Assembly (NCBI GenBank): GCA_047967505.1
Contig: CM106538.1
Reading direction: 5' to 3' (one strand)
DNA from: Dipteris shenzhenensis
Taxonomy: Eukaryota
DNA: 64,000 nt
Made by a program: the position numbers and the translations under genes. The notes beneath the pieces were generated by a model. That model saw nothing but the letters and a program-made list of their open reading frames with translations, made no database searches and was not told the origin of the DNA. How positions within the stretch are numbered: the stretch's first letter is position 1; each line of letters starts with the position of its first letter. Below, piece after piece: positions 61,861 to 64,000 of this stretch.

Positions 61861-64000
61861 CCAAGCGCACCATGCTGTCCTTCACCTTCACAAAGGCATC
61901 TGACTCCTCGTTGACCCACATCTCTATTTCAGACATTCTCACTGTGATTTCTTGGTCAACATATCTGACCTCGGTAACCCTCGGTGATGTCACCAGGAAC
62001 AACTCTTTGATTACCCTATTTGCTTTGGCCTCTCCCTCTGAATCTGAGTCGGGCTCCTTTTTGTTTTTCCAATCCGCCTTTTTCTTTCGACAGTCCTTAG
62101 TAAAATGTCCTGGCGTATCACAGTAGCACTTCTTGTTGTCAGAGTCGTCTTTCTTGGCTTGCCCTTTCCTTTGCCAGCGTAATCCTTCGCCAGCATCGCC
62201 TTGTCGTCTTTGTCGTCGTTGTAGAGCTTCTCCCGAGCTTCCTCCTGTAGCAGTAATGGACCCAACTCCTCATACGTCAGAGGTTTGGTCCTCTATCCTG
62301 CTGTCACGGTCGTAACAAAGTTCTTGAAACTCCGAGGTAGTCTCCTCAGTACCATCAAGGCCAAATGGCATGAGTTTGTCTTTTGACCAATTGTTGCCAG
62401 TTGATCCCTCACCACCTTGACCTTCGTCAAGTAGCTATGTACCGTATCTCCTTCCATATCAAGGTTGTAGAGTTGATGTTGAAGAAGCAAAATCCGGGAG
62501 GTGTTGCCCGTCTCGTATAGATACTTCAGAGTGACCCACGCCTCTACCGACGTCTCGGCCATCTGGATATGTGGAAGAACAGAGTCCGCCGTAGTCCCTA
62601 TGATTAATGCCAGGGCATGGGCATCTCTGTCTTTCCAAGCTTCGAGCTCCTCTCTGTCTACTGTCATGAACATCTTCCCTTGCCTATCCACCATGTCCTC
62701 CGGCTTCGCCTCCACTCCCGTTGTCAGCTTCCACAACTTCCGAGCCACTTAATGGCTCCGGATTTTCACCTTCCAGATCGGGTAGTTGGTCCCATCTAGT
62801 TTCTCAAACTCTCCGAAGTTAGGGATAGTGAAAGAGAAAAAACTAGGGGAGGAGGAAGGGAGAGCAGGGGCTAAAGAGGCTGTAGAGGTCGACATCTCTG
62901 ATTTTCACCTTCCAGATCGGGTAGTTGGTCCCGTCTAGTTTCCTAGACTCTCCAAAGTTAGGGATAGTGAATGAGAGAAAACTGGGGGAGGAAGAAGGGA
63001 GAGCAGGGACTGAAGAGGCTATAGAGGTCGACATCTCTGCTGTTATATCACATAGCAAAGTCAACCAAATTCAATTTTTAGTGGACCAGAACTCTGAATG
63101 CACGTGACTGAACCCGAGTCACCCTCGTTCTCGCAAGGGTACAATTCTCCAGTCGTGGAAGTCGATTCCCAAGAGCGTCTGAGTCAGGATCGTCCTTCAG
63201 CAAGGTCCCTGCCTTCAGGCTCCCACACCTGTGAGCCTCCTACTCGGGCTCTGATGCCATGTTAGAAATGACCCAACAGAGGGTACGCACAGCGGAAGAA
63301 TGATAGTAATGCCCAGGAGCTCACACAGTGTGATGTGGGGGGTGGAATCACAAACTTCTTAACTTATGTGCATAGATGTGCAAGCCAGTAAATAGACAAT
63401 GCTCAGAGACAAATATAGAAGCAACACTTTATATTTCCGTCCGTCTAGAAACTAGGACAGGATACAATAATAAAAGGTCCTTCTACTACAAGCCTGGCAC
63501 TTCTAGATCTCTGAGCCCGCATGCTCCACCTCGAGCATATGTAGACTCTCTGTCTAGATCCCTTCCACCTTGCTGTCCAGAAGCCAGCCTAGGTGGGCAG
63601 CACCTTGAGCTCAGTCTGCAGCTCTATGCCAATCCTCCTCCTCCTGTGTGTAGGTCCAAGGGTGGGCCTGTGGCTGCTGCTGTCTGCTCCCCAACTGCTG
63701 CTGCAAGTGATGCTGAATGAGGGCTGGAGGCCCTCCTTTTATAGGGCACAAGGCCTGCCCCAAAAACCGACCAGCAGCCTGAATCTGGCCGACCCAATCA
63801 GGCCGACCAGGCTTCTATAAAACCGCCCTAAAAGGGCTCACTTAACCAGGGCCCCTGGCCCACAAAACTAGGGCTTTGGCCCTCACTTCAAGGGCTGATG
63901 CCCTCTTATATATGCAGGATCCAGCCCCCTTTTGCCCTGCCATTTCTAGGCATGGTATGCTGGCTGGAACCAGCCCCCTACACCTAATCGACCAACCTGC
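61861..64000 (-). mobile_element. 5' part of a Ty1/copia element: LTR (63260 to window end), PBS and frameshifted gag
   Basis: PBS TGGCATCAGAGC at 63259-63248 next to the LTR terminus at 63260. gag motifs KLDGTNYPIWKVKIR, WKDRDAHALALI and AWVTLKYLYE (62293-62748), and a knuckle CDTPGHFTKDC at ~62090-62125. No pol follows. Confidence 0.85.

Overview
Eukaryotic land-plant nuclear DNA, probably from a fern or another large-genome non-angiosperm (an inference from protein divergence and transposon content). It holds one complete 9-exon gene on the minus strand, CHUP1 (chloroplast unusual positioning 1; 7380-12769, 1032 aa by manual splicing). It also holds the first three tiny exons of a ZMAT2/Snu23 spliceosomal gene (+, 55656-55953), whose third intron appears to open with a GC donor and is filled with retroelements up to the window end. 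The rest is mostly transposon-derived: a very young Tnt1/Tork-like Ty1/copia (33101-39022; 182-bp LTRs differing at one base, CAAAC TSD, one frameshift), an Athila-like element lacking RT/integrase (42501-49159, TAGTT TSD), several decayed copia and LINE relics, and a composite LTR/LINE/gag structure at 57950-64000. The least explained feature is a ~9.1-kb head-to-tail array of three ~3-kb units (21102-30237). Each unit has short repeats, a minus-strand TATA box and three fold-back hairpins, so it is a candidate tandem hairpin-RNA/MIRNA-like locus. No prokaryotic systems, CRISPR arrays, tRNA or rRNA genes were seen. All coordinates and comparisons were made by eye.
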